IMG/VR virus record: IMGVR_UViG_3300025151_008277
Location: 1-64,000 of that record
Length of the DNA: 64,000 nt
Reading direction: 5' to 3' (one strand)
From: a virus
A model generated the notes under the pieces. That model did no database searches. It was not told where the DNA came from and was given only the letters and a program-made list of their open reading frames with translations. The position numbers and the translations under genes are program-made. Shown in pieces: positions 46,396-56,069 of this stretch; position 1 is the first letter of the stretch; each line of letters opens with the position of its first letter.

Positions 46396-47282
46396 AAAGG
46401 TTGAAATTCTTTGCTCAAAGTTTTTACAGCTTCGGTTAGTTTGCCGCCAGCAGCGTATTTATGACCACCACCATCACATATCTTTTCTGCAAATGTACCT
46501 AAATTAATATCAGAACTCTTTTGTCTTCTTAAATATACTCTTTTATTATTTGCGTTAATTAATAATACTACATCGCAATTATCTTTATTGTTCTGTAATA
46601 TATGATGAGCTACATCATTTACATACTTGTCAACAAAAGCGCTAATAAATTTATATTCTCTATTTTTCATAGGAATATTAGCGGAATACATCCTCAAATT
46701 TTTATAGTATTTCTGAAACTTACGATTGTACGAATTAATTAAATTAGCCTCTTCTTTAGTAAAACCATAAAAACCGTTATTAAACCTTTTTGCAAAATAC
46801 TCTAATCGATTCGAATTATAATACCAAAATAAAATATTAAGATTATAAGTGTCTTTATATTTTAAAGTATAGCTATCATAATCATCGATTAAAGAAAGTA
46901 ATCTTATTTTTTCGAGACTTAAACTATCTTTATTATCATTAAGATTATTGAGTATAAGTTTTGTACAAGAAGTCGTTATGACTATGTCAGCTTTTGCTTG
47001 CTTATATTCATATGTATTAGTCTCATGATGATCAAAAATATATACGTTAGGCTTATCAATTAAATCTCCAACCGCGGTAGTGTCGAGATCGAAAAAATAA
47101 ATTTTATCGTATTTTTCAAATGAATTATTTCCTAACCAACTAAGAAGCTTTTCTCTAAGATTACTCACCTTAAGCGGAATTACCTCCGTGTTATCATTAT
47201 TTGTTAACCACTTGTATGCGAGGTAACAACCAACACCATCGAGGTCGTAATCCGTAAAAACAATGCACCGATCCATGTCCAT
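46392..47282 (-). CDS. DHH/DHHA1 phosphoesterase
   Basis: DYDLDG, FFDL, FDHH, GGGHKYAAG. Confidence 0.92.
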   Translation of the reverse strand: MDMDRCIVFTDYDLDGVGCYLAYKWLTNNDNTEVIPLKVSNLREKLLSWLGNNSFEKYDKIYFFDLDTTAVGDLIDKPNVYIFDHHETNTYEYKQAKADIVITTSCTKLILNNLNDNKDSLSLEKIRLLSLIDDYDSYTLKYKDTYNLNILFWYYNSNRLEYFAKRFNNGFYGFTKEEANLINSYNRKFQKYYKNLRMYSANIPMKNREYKFISAFVDKYVNDVAHHILQNNKDNCDVVLLINANNKRVYLRRQKSSDINLGTFAEKICDGGGHKYAAGGKLTEAVKTLSKEFQPL

Positions 47283-47286
47283 TTAT

Positions 47287-48672
47287 TTATGCCCTTTCCC
47301 CGTATTCTCCAGCGGATAGCTCTATATCATCAATCTCATCATTCTCGTTCAAGGACTCATCCTCGTATACGGTCATTGTACGATAATCTACTCCAAGTCT
47401 GGTTACACCGTTGTTTCTACCAAAGCGGTTTTTCATAACGTTAAGATGAATAGCATTATCTTCTTTATCTTGATCAGTACGAAATATACCAAACACAGCA
47501 TCGGCTGTTGCTCCAGTACCATAACTCTCACTCACAGAAGACATCCCCGGGCCGTTTCTATCATAGATTTGAGTTTGACTGGTAGAACCTGCGCCACTAT
47601 AACCAGTACGATTTAATTGCGTAGCTGTTATGACAGGGCACTGAAACTCGTAAGAAAGCGCTCTCAACTGCTCACTTATATTCTTTATTTTTTCATATGA
47701 ATTATTACCATCTCCTGCAAGAAGATTAAGATAATCCACAACAATCATATCTGGATTAAATTTTTTAGTAGATACAATCTGCTTAATATAAGTTTTAAGT
47801 ACAGAAGGTGTTACGGTATTAGGTGGGTATTCTTTAACAATAAGACCAGTATCTGGTCTTAACATTCTAAAGTTATCAGCTCCTTTTTTAATCTCACTAA
47901 CTTTAGTTTTAAGCTCTCTGTTATCAATTTGGGATATAGTAGATGTAATTCGAATGTTATACATTTGCTCGGACATTTCGAGACTAAACAATATAACTTT
48001 TTTATTTTGCTTCATTGCATTGATAGCCATATTATGCAAAAATATAGACTTACCAACATTAGTTTCACCAGCAAAGATATACATTGATCTACCTTCTTGT
48101 AAGAAACCTCCTTGAAGTATCTCATCCATCCAATCTAAACCAGTTTTAATATGATTAGTTTCAGTAAGTAGATCATCAATATGCTTTTGTATATCGTCAA
48201 AATAATTATGACCTTCGCTGCTACGTAAACTATAACCAATAATTTTTTCTACTGAATTATAAAACGTAATTAGATCATCTTTATCAGAAACAGAATCCCA
48301 TTTTTCCGCAATTCGAAGTAAGGTGTTTTGAAAACTTTGTAGCTTAAGAAACTTCTCGGCGTGGTCTAAAAGAGTGTTATACTCTACTTCTTCATCAATT
48401 TCATCGGAAGATTTTTTTACTACAGAATAAGCTTCCTTGAGTTTATCACTACTAAGGAATGCAGATAATTCCGCGCTTGTAGGTCTTTTGTTAAATTTAG
48501 AAAAATACTTCTGTAGTAACTCAATAAGTTTTTTATTATGCTTATTGCTAAATAAATCGGAATTAAGATAAGGTATAACTACAGAAAGAAACTGCTCATT
48601 TTCTAAGCAGTTTTTCATAATTAACCTTTCTATGTATTCAAAATCTTCTTTAAGATTGCTATCTTTTGTCAT
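47287..48672 (-). CDS. gp41: replicative helicase (gp41/DnaB-like)
   Basis: GETNVGKS, SLEMSE, VKEYP, VVDYLNL, TATQLNR, MKNRFG. Confidence 0.96.
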   Translation of the reverse strand: MTKDSNLKEDFEYIERLIMKNCLENEQFLSVVIPYLNSDLFSNKHNKKLIELLQKYFSKFNKRPTSAELSAFLSSDKLKEAYSVVKKSSDEIDEEVEYNTLLDHAEKFLKLQSFQNTLLRIAEKWDSVSDKDDLITFYNSVEKIIGYSLRSSEGHNYFDDIQKHIDDLLTETNHIKTGLDWMDEILQGGFLQEGRSMYIFAGETNVGKSIFLHNMAINAMKQNKKVILFSLEMSEQMYNIRITSTISQIDNRELKTKVSEIKKGADNFRMLRPDTGLIVKEYPPNTVTPSVLKTYIKQIVSTKKFNPDMIVVDYLNLLAGDGNNSYEKIKNISEQLRALSYEFQCPVITATQLNRTGYSGAGSTSQTQIYDRNGPGMSSVSESYGTGATADAVFGIFRTDQDKEDNAIHLNVMKNRFGRNNGVTRLGVDYRTMTVYEDESLNENDEIDDIELSAGEYGERA

Positions 48673-49366
48673 ATATTGTTTTTAAGGATTCGTAAAAGTA
48701 TTGCTCTGATTCACGAAATTCATCAGTAAACTTAGTTAGTCCTGGTGAACCATGAACAACATGAACAGGTACAGTACCTAGTATAATGCCAGCTTGAAAA
48801 CAATCAACAGAAAATTTTAGATCATAATGATGAAAGCCTTTTATGTTTTCATCAAACGTAATATTTTTTTCAATAAGTTTTTTTGGTTGTATAGCGAGAA
48901 ATAAACCGTCAAGAAGAATCACCCTTTTACCTATCTCACCGAATATAGTAGGCATATAATTATCTCCGTGCTTGTGACTCACGACTCCTGACCACGAGGT
49001 TTTATCAGACATTAGATGCCACAATAACGGTTTTTTTATCTTAAGACGAGAACCACCAGCAAGCCCACAAACATCAAACTTTTTAAAACCATCAAAAACC
49101 TTTTCTACGAAACTACTGCTATCAATATATACATCATCGTGAGCAAAAATAACACAATCCCACTTATCATCTATATTTTCATTGTATAGCTCGCATAAAC
49201 CTTTTTTATTGTTATTGTAGAATCTTACGTAGCCATCATACTTTAAATCATCTAAGCTCTTGTATAAAAGAGTATCAGTATAATCTTCTTTTTGAGTAGC
49301 GCTAACTACTAAAACCTTATCATATGAAAAATCCCGTCGAGGCTTGAAACGTATCATATTGCTCAT
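48659..49366 (-). CDS. GT-A fold glycosyltransferase (GT2-like)
   Basis: GLCELYN, IFAHDDV, GLAG, LLDGLFLA, FDENIKGFHHYD. Confidence 0.85.
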   Translation of the reverse strand: MSNMIRFKPRRDFSYDKVLVVSATQKEDYTDTLLYKSLDDLKYDGYVRFYNNNKKGLCELYNENIDDKWDCVIFAHDDVYIDSSSFVEKVFDGFKKFDVCGLAGGSRLKIKKPLLWHLMSDKTSWSGVVSHKHGDNYMPTIFGEIGKRVILLDGLFLAIQPKKLIEKNITFDENIKGFHHYDLKFSVDCFQAGIILGTVPVHVVHGSPGLTKFTDEFRESEQYFYESLKTIYDKR

Positions 49367-49952
49367 ATTTTTGCTTAGTGAAATTAAATCTATAAATTAT
49401 ACCCTCATCTAATAATTTCCAATCATATACAGGTTTAGAGCTAATATTTCTCCCATCAGTATAGACTGTACTACCAGATCGAAAAACAAATAACTCAGAA
49501 GTTTTTGAATCATACAACCAACAACCAAACGTACCTTCTAGTTCTTGTAAAGTTTGTTTAAGACCTATTTTATCTATCATAGGTAGTATAATACTACTAT
49601 CGACTTCGTTAACAGTACCGTCAGGTAGATACTTATCATATTTTGATTTCAGTTTATCAAAATTACTAAGCACTCCATTATGAGCTAAATATTTTTCTTT
49701 ATATTCGAAAGGGTGAGTTGTAGCTTCTGAAAAGTCTCTCTTAGATGAAGTAGGGGATTGTAGATGACCGAGATAAAATACAGTATCGTCTTCGAAGTCT
49801 ATTTTTTTATCGAAGTCAGTATCTTTAATAACCTTAATAGTGTTACTTATATTAAATTTAATAACCCCATACGCGAAGTTACCTCTCTCTTTATTGAGGT
49901 GAAATAAATGATCGAAGCCGTGTCTATCAGGAGATCCTATTATACCGCACAT
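49320..49952 (-). CDS. class II (Ntn) glutamine amidotransferase
   Basis: N-terminal MCGIIG, HPF, AHNGVL, EVDS. Confidence 0.9.
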   Translation of the reverse strand: MCGIIGSPDRHGFDHLFHLNKERGNFAYGVIKFNISNTIKVIKDTDFDKKIDFEDDTVFYLGHLQSPTSSKRDFSEATTHPFEYKEKYLAHNGVLSNFDKLKSKYDKYLPDGTVNEVDSSIILPMIDKIGLKQTLQELEGTFGCWLYDSKTSELFVFRSGSTVYTDGRNISSKPVYDWKLLDEGIIYRFNFTKQKYEQYDTFQASTGFFI

Positions 49953-49954
49953 AA

Positions 49955-50644
49955 TTACTCATTCCATGGTATATCATTTCTTTCATATTGCAACGGATCT
50001 TTAATACCAGCATCTAAAAATCCCTTGATACGAGAACTACAAGCAGTACAGTGACCACACGCTTTATCTCTACCTTCATAACAAGTCCATGTATCAACAA
50101 AGGATACATCATGTTCTACCCCTTTGAGAATAATGTCTCTCTTAGTTAGAGTAATTAAAGGTGCTAATATATTAATCTTATTCTTCCTATTGAGAGCGAT
50201 AAGATTATTAATACTATCAAGAAATTCAGTACTACCATCCCAGTATCCTGCTTGACTATCAATTAAAGCTGCGCCGTGATAAACAGTATCTGCGCCTACG
50301 CTTTCTGCATATGCGCACGCAATAGATAATAACATTTGATTTCTAAAAGGCACATAATTAACAGTTTGCGCATCTCCAAGAACATCTTTTGTCTTAGCAA
50401 CATCAATACCGTTATTAGTTAAAGAAGAAGTTGAAGCAATATCTCTAAAAAAAGATAAATTTATCTCTTTATAAGCTTCTCCAGATTGCTTTTTTGCACA
50501 GTCAATTTCTTTTATATGTCTTTGACCGTAATTAAATGTAATAGGAAATACTTGCGTATGTTTACTTCTAGCATAACTTCTAGCATACGCAAGTATGACA
50601 CTACTGTCTATTCCCCCACTTACTGGAACTACTGCTTTACTCAT
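49955..50644 (-). CDS. queC: 7-cyano-7-deazaguanine synthase
   Basis: SGGIDS, YGQRH, YVPFRN, TWTCY..CGHCTACSSR. Confidence 0.95.
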   Translation of the reverse strand: MSKAVVPVSGGIDSSVILAYARSYARSKHTQVFPITFNYGQRHIKEIDCAKKQSGEAYKEINLSFFRDIASTSSLTNNGIDVAKTKDVLGDAQTVNYVPFRNQMLLSIACAYAESVGADTVYHGAALIDSQAGYWDGSTEFLDSINNLIALNRKNKINILAPLITLTKRDIILKGVEHDVSFVDTWTCYEGRDKACGHCTACSSRIKGFLDAGIKDPLQYERNDIPWNE

Positions 50645-51737
50645 CTTCGTCTATTATATCAGGTATTGCGTTTTCGTTCAACTCTTTACCGTAACGATAT
50701 TTTTCTTTAATAGACTCTTCTAGTTTAACTAGAATCTTATCCCAGAGTTCCTCGTCGTTTCTCCAGTTTTTATAATACCCTAATTTTTTATCATCCATAA
50801 CGAACGTTGAACCAGTTTGCTCAATTACTCCATGAGAAACAGCAACATCGCGTAGACCTGAAAATTTATCTAATCCAGTTTTAAAATTAAGATATGACTC
50901 GCATTGCAAAAATGCAGGTACGAACCTATTTTTGACGGTTAACATTCTTAATGTGACACCGCTGTAGTTTCGAGATTCTGAAATAGCAACATCATTGTCA
51001 TTACTCGAATCTGTTTTTTCTTTCTTGGCAGCCATTTGTACGAGAATTGACGCCATATAAATAGGTCCTGAACCACCTGCTTGTTGTTTTACTAAAGTAG
51101 GGTGCAATGCACCAGGATCAGCATATGTATGATTACTAGCAATAATGGTAGTACCAGTTACTGCTGCCTTGTATGTAATCATACGCATCATGGATTTGAG
51201 CTGCTTTGCACGTAGACCCATATCCATTGCACCCTTTCCAGCACCAGCGTCGTTAATTTCCTTTTCTGATGCTAAATTACCTAATGAATCAATAGAAATA
51301 ATAAACTTACCGTGTAACTCAGGCTCCTTTTCTACATTATCAAGAAATGTCATAATTTGATTACGACAAGTCTCTACAGTATCAACAGGTACATACTTTA
51401 CGTTTTTGCTATCAAGTCCGACACCCTCTGCGCTAGCTTTATCAACAGCCACCTCAGTATCAAAAATGACAGGAATCAGATTCATTTTTTGAGCATTAGC
51501 AAGAATTTTATTTAGAATAAAAGTCTTACCACAACCTGATTCACCTGCAAAGATAGTAATTCTACCTTTAGGTACGCCACCGTATAAAGAACCTGATAGA
51601 ATTGTATTCAAGGCCATGCAACCAGTATCAATCCAATCAGTTACGTTACTCAAAGTATTATCTTCAAGTACTGTAGCATTCGCGTTTAGTTTTTGTAAAC
51701 TAGCAAAAGCTTTATCGGCAAGTTTATTAATATCCAT
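50637..51737 (-). CDS. uvsX: RecA-like recombinase UvsX
   Basis: DTGCMALN, GESGCGKT, FDTE, IDSLGNL, DMGLRAK, GGSG, KNRF. Confidence 0.95.
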   Translation of the reverse strand: MDINKLADKAFASLQKLNANATVLEDNTLSNVTDWIDTGCMALNTILSGSLYGGVPKGRITIFAGESGCGKTFILNKILANAQKMNLIPVIFDTEVAVDKASAEGVGLDSKNVKYVPVDTVETCRNQIMTFLDNVEKEPELHGKFIISIDSLGNLASEKEINDAGAGKGAMDMGLRAKQLKSMMRMITYKAAVTGTTIIASNHTYADPGALHPTLVKQQAGGSGPIYMASILVQMAAKKEKTDSSNDNDVAISESRNYSGVTLRMLTVKNRFVPAFLQCESYLNFKTGLDKFSGLRDVAVSHGVIEQTGSTFVMDDKKLGYYKNWRNDEELWDKILVKLEESIKEKYRYGKELNENAIPDIIDEDE

Positions 51738-51739
51738 AA

Positions 51740-52105
51740 TTATTTCTCGAATAGTTCAACTACTGGCTCTTCTTCAGTAGCTTGAGGTACTTCTTCAGCT
51801 TTAAAATTAATCTTAGTAAAATAATGCTCTAAGATTTTATCAGTGAGAGTAACATCTACAGGTGTAATATTACTCTTGCTAAAGTGAAATAAGCTTACCC
51901 TATCTCCATTTTCAGCTGGAGTAATAAACTCATTAAAGAAAAGAGGAATAACATCTACTTTCATTTGATGAGCTTCATTCGGAGAAACCATAATCATAGC
52001 AGGATTCTTTAGTACATATGTACTATCAGTCTCTTCTGCTAGTTCACCGAAACACGTTCGGCCGATGCCATCATTAAAAACTACTAACTTATAATTTTCG
52101 TACAT
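51740..52105 (-). CDS. hypothetical protein (possible Sm-like beta barrel)
   Basis: 121 aa, GELAEET..YVLKNPA; own promoter upstream. Confidence 0.75.
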   Translation of the reverse strand: MYENYKLVVFNDGIGRTCFGELAEETDSTYVLKNPAMIMVSPNEAHQMKVDVIPLFFNEFITPAENGDRVSLFHFSKSNITPVDVTLTDKILEHYFTKINFKAEEVPQATEEEPVVELFEK

Positions 52106-52111
52106 ACAACA

Positions 52112-52139
52112 ATAATAACATATGGTTTTTATTAATCAA
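52112..52139 (-). promoter_or_regulatory. sigma70-type promoter, leaderless
   Basis: Minus strand TTGATT-16 nt-TATTAT, ATG 6 nt downstream. Confidence 0.6.
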
Positions 52140-54814
52140 CGGTCTATTTTAAAGAAATCAAATAAATCTGTTTGATATGCTTCACCAGGCTTATACGGTC
52201 GCCATTTGACTGAATCATAAAATCTTTCTATTACTTGAAACAGAATTTTTTCAAACATCTTTTCGTAGTCTACTAAGAATAAACTCTTAAATTCATCAGG
52301 AAAGTTATACTTAAACGCTAAGCTGTTGCACCCATATTTGTTAGGTTGTTGTACGTAGAAGTATCTTACCTTATCTCCAGAACCAATAGTTTCGTACTTA
52401 CCGCTAAGATTAAACTCTTCTAATAATTCATTGTAAAATATAGATGACTTAACGTGTATAGGTGTACCTTTACCAATGGTAAAATTATCAGCTTTAATAG
52501 CATACTTATCGTAATCTTTTATACCCATTACAAATGCTATATCTTCTACAGGTAAGCTAGAAAACAATTGGTATACCTTATCAAACATCTCATTAGTCTT
52601 AGCTTGATCCCGTGTCATGATCATATTTTCAATAATACCTCTCACATGAGGCTTGATAGGTTCTGGCATAGTAGTGCGCACTACTTCTACTCCAGTATAC
52701 TTGAAAGTATTACAAGGGTCTCCTTCATCATCTAGTTTATGAAGTACGTATCTTTTCTTCTGCAAAAACATACCCTTATCGCAAATAGATTCTCTCTTAA
52801 AGACGAACCTCGGGTCGATGGTATTAAGTGTATTTCTAGCCCAAGTCTCAATATGCTTATTGAGATAGTCTTCTATATTTTGAACTAAATCATACACCTC
52901 AGGTTTAACGACAATATTTTTCGTTGCAGGAGAATGCGCTTCGATAAAAAGAGGTATATTCATATGCTCAAGTAAAGGTGATATAGTAACATAACTTGAG
53001 TCAGTATCATTGTATATAACCGGGTCATTATTTTTAAGATCTTCATCAGAGAGATTAGTATGCTCTTTAATGTAGTTTCTTAGTATAACATTACTTTGTT
53101 TAATTACATCCTGTCCTGTAAGTGTAATAGACCTTGCAATATCACCATCACCCATTTGAGAGTGTTTATTACCAAAGTAGCCATATATTCGATTGATAAG
53201 AATTTTTAGAGTAAGCTGATAAATTTTAGCTTGGTTAATCTTAGTAGGTAATTCCCCAATACGTTTATTAATTTTCTCCTTTTCTTTTGTATCAGTAATA
53301 TCATCTACTTTATTTTTAAGATCAGTTAACTCTTTTTTAAGTTCGATCATTAAGTCTTTCTTCTCTCTTCTAATCTTATAGAAGTGTTCTGATATGGTAG
53401 GGAAAATACCTTTAGGTTCTTGAAAGAATAGTTTCTTTGCTCTTGTAACAGCTATTTTATTCTTTTTAATCCACTTAACAAAATTAGGTTTTGAGAACTT
53501 GAAGTCTTCGTTATTGATTGACTTTACATAAACAGTATCATCATCAGTAAAGGTAATTTCTCCAAACTTAGTTTCAGGACTAAGATTAAGAGTAATCATA
53601 GTAGAAGGGTATAGAGAGTTAGCATCAAATGATATAATATTGTCTTGAAATCCTCGCTGTGGTTCACTTACGTAAGCTCCTTCATACTTCTCTGTACGAG
53701 ATTTATCTTTAATGAATGTAGGGATAACTCGAGGGTCTTCACCTCTACGAGCTTGAATTATAGCTCTTCCATTTACAGTACTAATGGTGCCTAGAGCAGC
53801 ATTAAATGGAGTTAAACCAATATAAGATAACATTCTTACAAGATCTAAGAATTGTAATTTTTCATCAAGTTTGCAGAGAAGAGTAACGTCTTGAATATTG
53901 TAATCTACGAATGTCTTCCAGTCTTTTTTAGCAAGAGTAGCTAAGTTAGTATTATTAGTATCTATCTTTCTACCTACTCCTTCGTATTCACCAATTGAGT
54001 CAAGCTTATAACTATCTCTCATACCCATTGAGAATGTTTTGTAGATATCAAGATAGTCAAGCATACTAATACCTTCTACTACATACTTTGTTTGCTCTTT
54101 ACCAAACGTACCTCTGAATTGTCTAGCATAAACAGGTTGTTTAAGTTCTTCACTCATCGGAGAGATCATATTCCGAACATCTTCTCCAAAAACATTTTGT
54201 AAGCGATTTATGATATATGGAATATCAAATGTCTCACTATTCCATCCAGATAAGATATCAGGAGGGTCTTTACGATAGAAGTTGAGGAAGTTCCATAAGA
54301 GGTCTTTTTCTGTCTTACAGTTTACATAAACAACATTATCTAGCTCGGGTTTGTATTCTCCTAGTCCCCATGAATAGTATGTTTTATCTAAAGTATCATA
54401 TACCGTAATAATGTTGATAGGAAACTTAGCATCTTCAGGTTTAGGGAATTCATCAGGAGAATAAACCTCAATATCAAAAAACCAATTCTTTAACGGGAAT
54501 TGATCAAACGTATCACTCTCATTTTCATTCCAATATGAGTCTATAAGAAATTGTTGATAGGGAGTAATGTTCTCAAAAATACGATCAATACCTAGATCTT
54601 GAATTCGAGTTCTTCTATCCTTTTCAGACTTACAAACAATACGTCTGAGCTTCGTACCATACAGAGAGGTAGCAACTTGAAGTCTAGGATTAGAGGTTTC
54701 GTAATAGAAGTAAGGTCGATAATCAACATCAGTAGTTATTCTACCACCGTCTTCCGACCAAGTAAATAACCGCATTTTACGCTCATGCGGCATATATGAT
54801 AAACCTCTATACAT
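52136..54814 (-). CDS. gp43: family B DNA polymerase (gp43-like)
   Basis: FDIEV, GWNSETFDIPY, SFDANSLYPS, KILINRIYG, YNDTDS, KKRY. Confidence 0.98.
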   Translation of the reverse strand: MYRGLSYMPHERKMRLFTWSEDGGRITTDVDYRPYFYYETSNPRLQVATSLYGTKLRRIVCKSEKDRRTRIQDLGIDRIFENITPYQQFLIDSYWNENESDTFDQFPLKNWFFDIEVYSPDEFPKPEDAKFPINIITVYDTLDKTYYSWGLGEYKPELDNVVYVNCKTEKDLLWNFLNFYRKDPPDILSGWNSETFDIPYIINRLQNVFGEDVRNMISPMSEELKQPVYARQFRGTFGKEQTKYVVEGISMLDYLDIYKTFSMGMRDSYKLDSIGEYEGVGRKIDTNNTNLATLAKKDWKTFVDYNIQDVTLLCKLDEKLQFLDLVRMLSYIGLTPFNAALGTISTVNGRAIIQARRGEDPRVIPTFIKDKSRTEKYEGAYVSEPQRGFQDNIISFDANSLYPSTMITLNLSPETKFGEITFTDDDTVYVKSINNEDFKFSKPNFVKWIKKNKIAVTRAKKLFFQEPKGIFPTISEHFYKIRREKKDLMIELKKELTDLKNKVDDITDTKEKEKINKRIGELPTKINQAKIYQLTLKILINRIYGYFGNKHSQMGDGDIARSITLTGQDVIKQSNVILRNYIKEHTNLSDEDLKNNDPVIYNDTDSSYVTISPLLEHMNIPLFIEAHSPATKNIVVKPEVYDLVQNIEDYLNKHIETWARNTLNTIDPRFVFKRESICDKGMFLQKKRYVLHKLDDEGDPCNTFKYTGVEVVRTTMPEPIKPHVRGIIENMIMTRDQAKTNEMFDKVYQLFSSLPVEDIAFVMGIKDYDKYAIKADNFTIGKGTPIHVKSSIFYNELLEEFNLSGKYETIGSGDKVRYFYVQQPNKYGCNSLAFKYNFPDEFKSLFLVDYEKMFEKILFQVIERFYDSVKWRPYKPGEAYQTDLFDFFKIDR

Positions 54815-54821
54815 AAAAGAT

Positions 54822-54849
54822 AGTATAGAGGTTTTCCGTTAGTTTACAA
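54822..54849 (-). promoter_or_regulatory. sigma70-type promoter for gp43, leaderless
   Basis: Minus strand TTGTAA-16 nt-TATACT, ATG 7 nt downstream. Confidence 0.6.
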
Positions 54850-56068
54850 CTACTTTATTTAGCTTGTTTATATTTTTACGATCCGGATGTCCGTACGGAT
54901 ACTTATATAGCTCTTCGTAAAAACCTATGTTGTCTTCTAACCAACGATTGTTACTGAAAATTTTAGCCTTCTTACTAGCTGACATATAACGCTTACGATC
55001 TGAAACCAAAGCTTTAATTTGATCAATTAGTTCATCCCCAGTTTTAAATTTATAAGGAGCGTTTTTGTATGTAACTAAATCCTGACAAATAGTAGGAATA
55101 CCCATACAGCAACCTTCAATAAATTTGAGATCACTCTTAGCTTTATTAAAGGTATTATCAGCTAAAGGTGCATACATTAACTGACATTTAAGTTCATGAA
55201 TTTTGTATGGATATCTCATTAATCCTTCCCAACCGTGAAATTCGACTTTTCTTTCTCTTACCAAGTCTGCTAGTGGCCCTGGAAAACCTCCAAAAAATAC
55301 CCATTGAAAGTCTTTTACAGTCTTTCTGATCGCATCGTTAACTAAAAAGAAATCATCTTGATGCTTTACCCTTTGGTCAACATCAAAATGAGCTCCAGAA
55401 CCGCAATACAAGATCCTAGGCTTCTTTTTATTATTTTCATAATTTGTAGAGATTTCTGTTCTATCGTAAAAACGATCCATCCAAAACTTAGGTACAAAAT
55501 TAGGAATAACAGTAATTTGTTCATGACCAGTTTTCTCCTGAAAGTATTCTTTCATAAACTGATTGGTGACAGTCATTTCATCTGCCATTTGCATAATCTC
55601 CATTGATGTTTTTCTTATTTCTGGATCTGCAAATGCAGTTTTAAATTTATTATATTCTGGTATATCCTCATGAAAAATAATATCGTCAATCTCGTATATA
55701 AGATTCATATTATTTTGTTTTTGTATATCTTTTAAAAAGCTAAAGTATTCTTTTTGCTGTAATGTAGCTTGACGTTGCACGCGTATGGTTTTTACATTAT
55801 GGAAGAAATTACCCTCTCCTACCATTACAGTACTTCCTGCAATATTAAATTTTTGATTAGCTTTTAGAACTTGTTCAGGCCAAATCATACGCCAGTGACC
55901 ACAACCAGAATAGTCTGCATAAAAATTTAATACTCGATCAAGGTCGTCTTTTTTCTTTTTAGCTTCTTCTTCTTTTAGAGTAGCTTGCGCTAAAGCAGCT
56001 AAACTACCTACCGTTGGTTCTACTGTACTAAATGGTCTTCTTGTTACGTTATTGAAAGGGGATAACAT
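54839..56068 (-). CDS. GT-B fold glycosyltransferase
   Basis: ADYSGCGHWRMIWP, YEIDD, VIPNF, APLADNTFNKAKSDLKFIE. Confidence 0.85.
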   Translation of the reverse strand: MLSPFNNVTRRPFSTVEPTVGSLAALAQATLKEEEAKKKKDDLDRVLNFYADYSGCGHWRMIWPEQVLKANQKFNIAGSTVMVGEGNFFHNVKTIRVQRQATLQQKEYFSFLKDIQKQNNMNLIYEIDDIIFHEDIPEYNKFKTAFADPEIRKTSMEIMQMADEMTVTNQFMKEYFQEKTGHEQITVIPNFVPKFWMDRFYDRTEISTNYENNKKKPRILYCGSGAHFDVDQRVKHQDDFFLVNDAIRKTVKDFQWVFFGGFPGPLADLVRERKVEFHGWEGLMRYPYKIHELKCQLMYAPLADNTFNKAKSDLKFIEGCCMGIPTICQDLVTYKNAPYKFKTGDELIDQIKALVSDRKRYMSASKKAKIFSNNRWLEDNIGFYEELYKYPYGHPDRKNINKLNKVVVN

Positions 56069-56069
56069 A

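Noticed and set aside
52136-54814. Intein or intron in polymerase (also checked terminase, helicase, UvsX)
   Set aside because: Lengths and motif spacing are normal; no splicing or homing-endonuclease motifs seen
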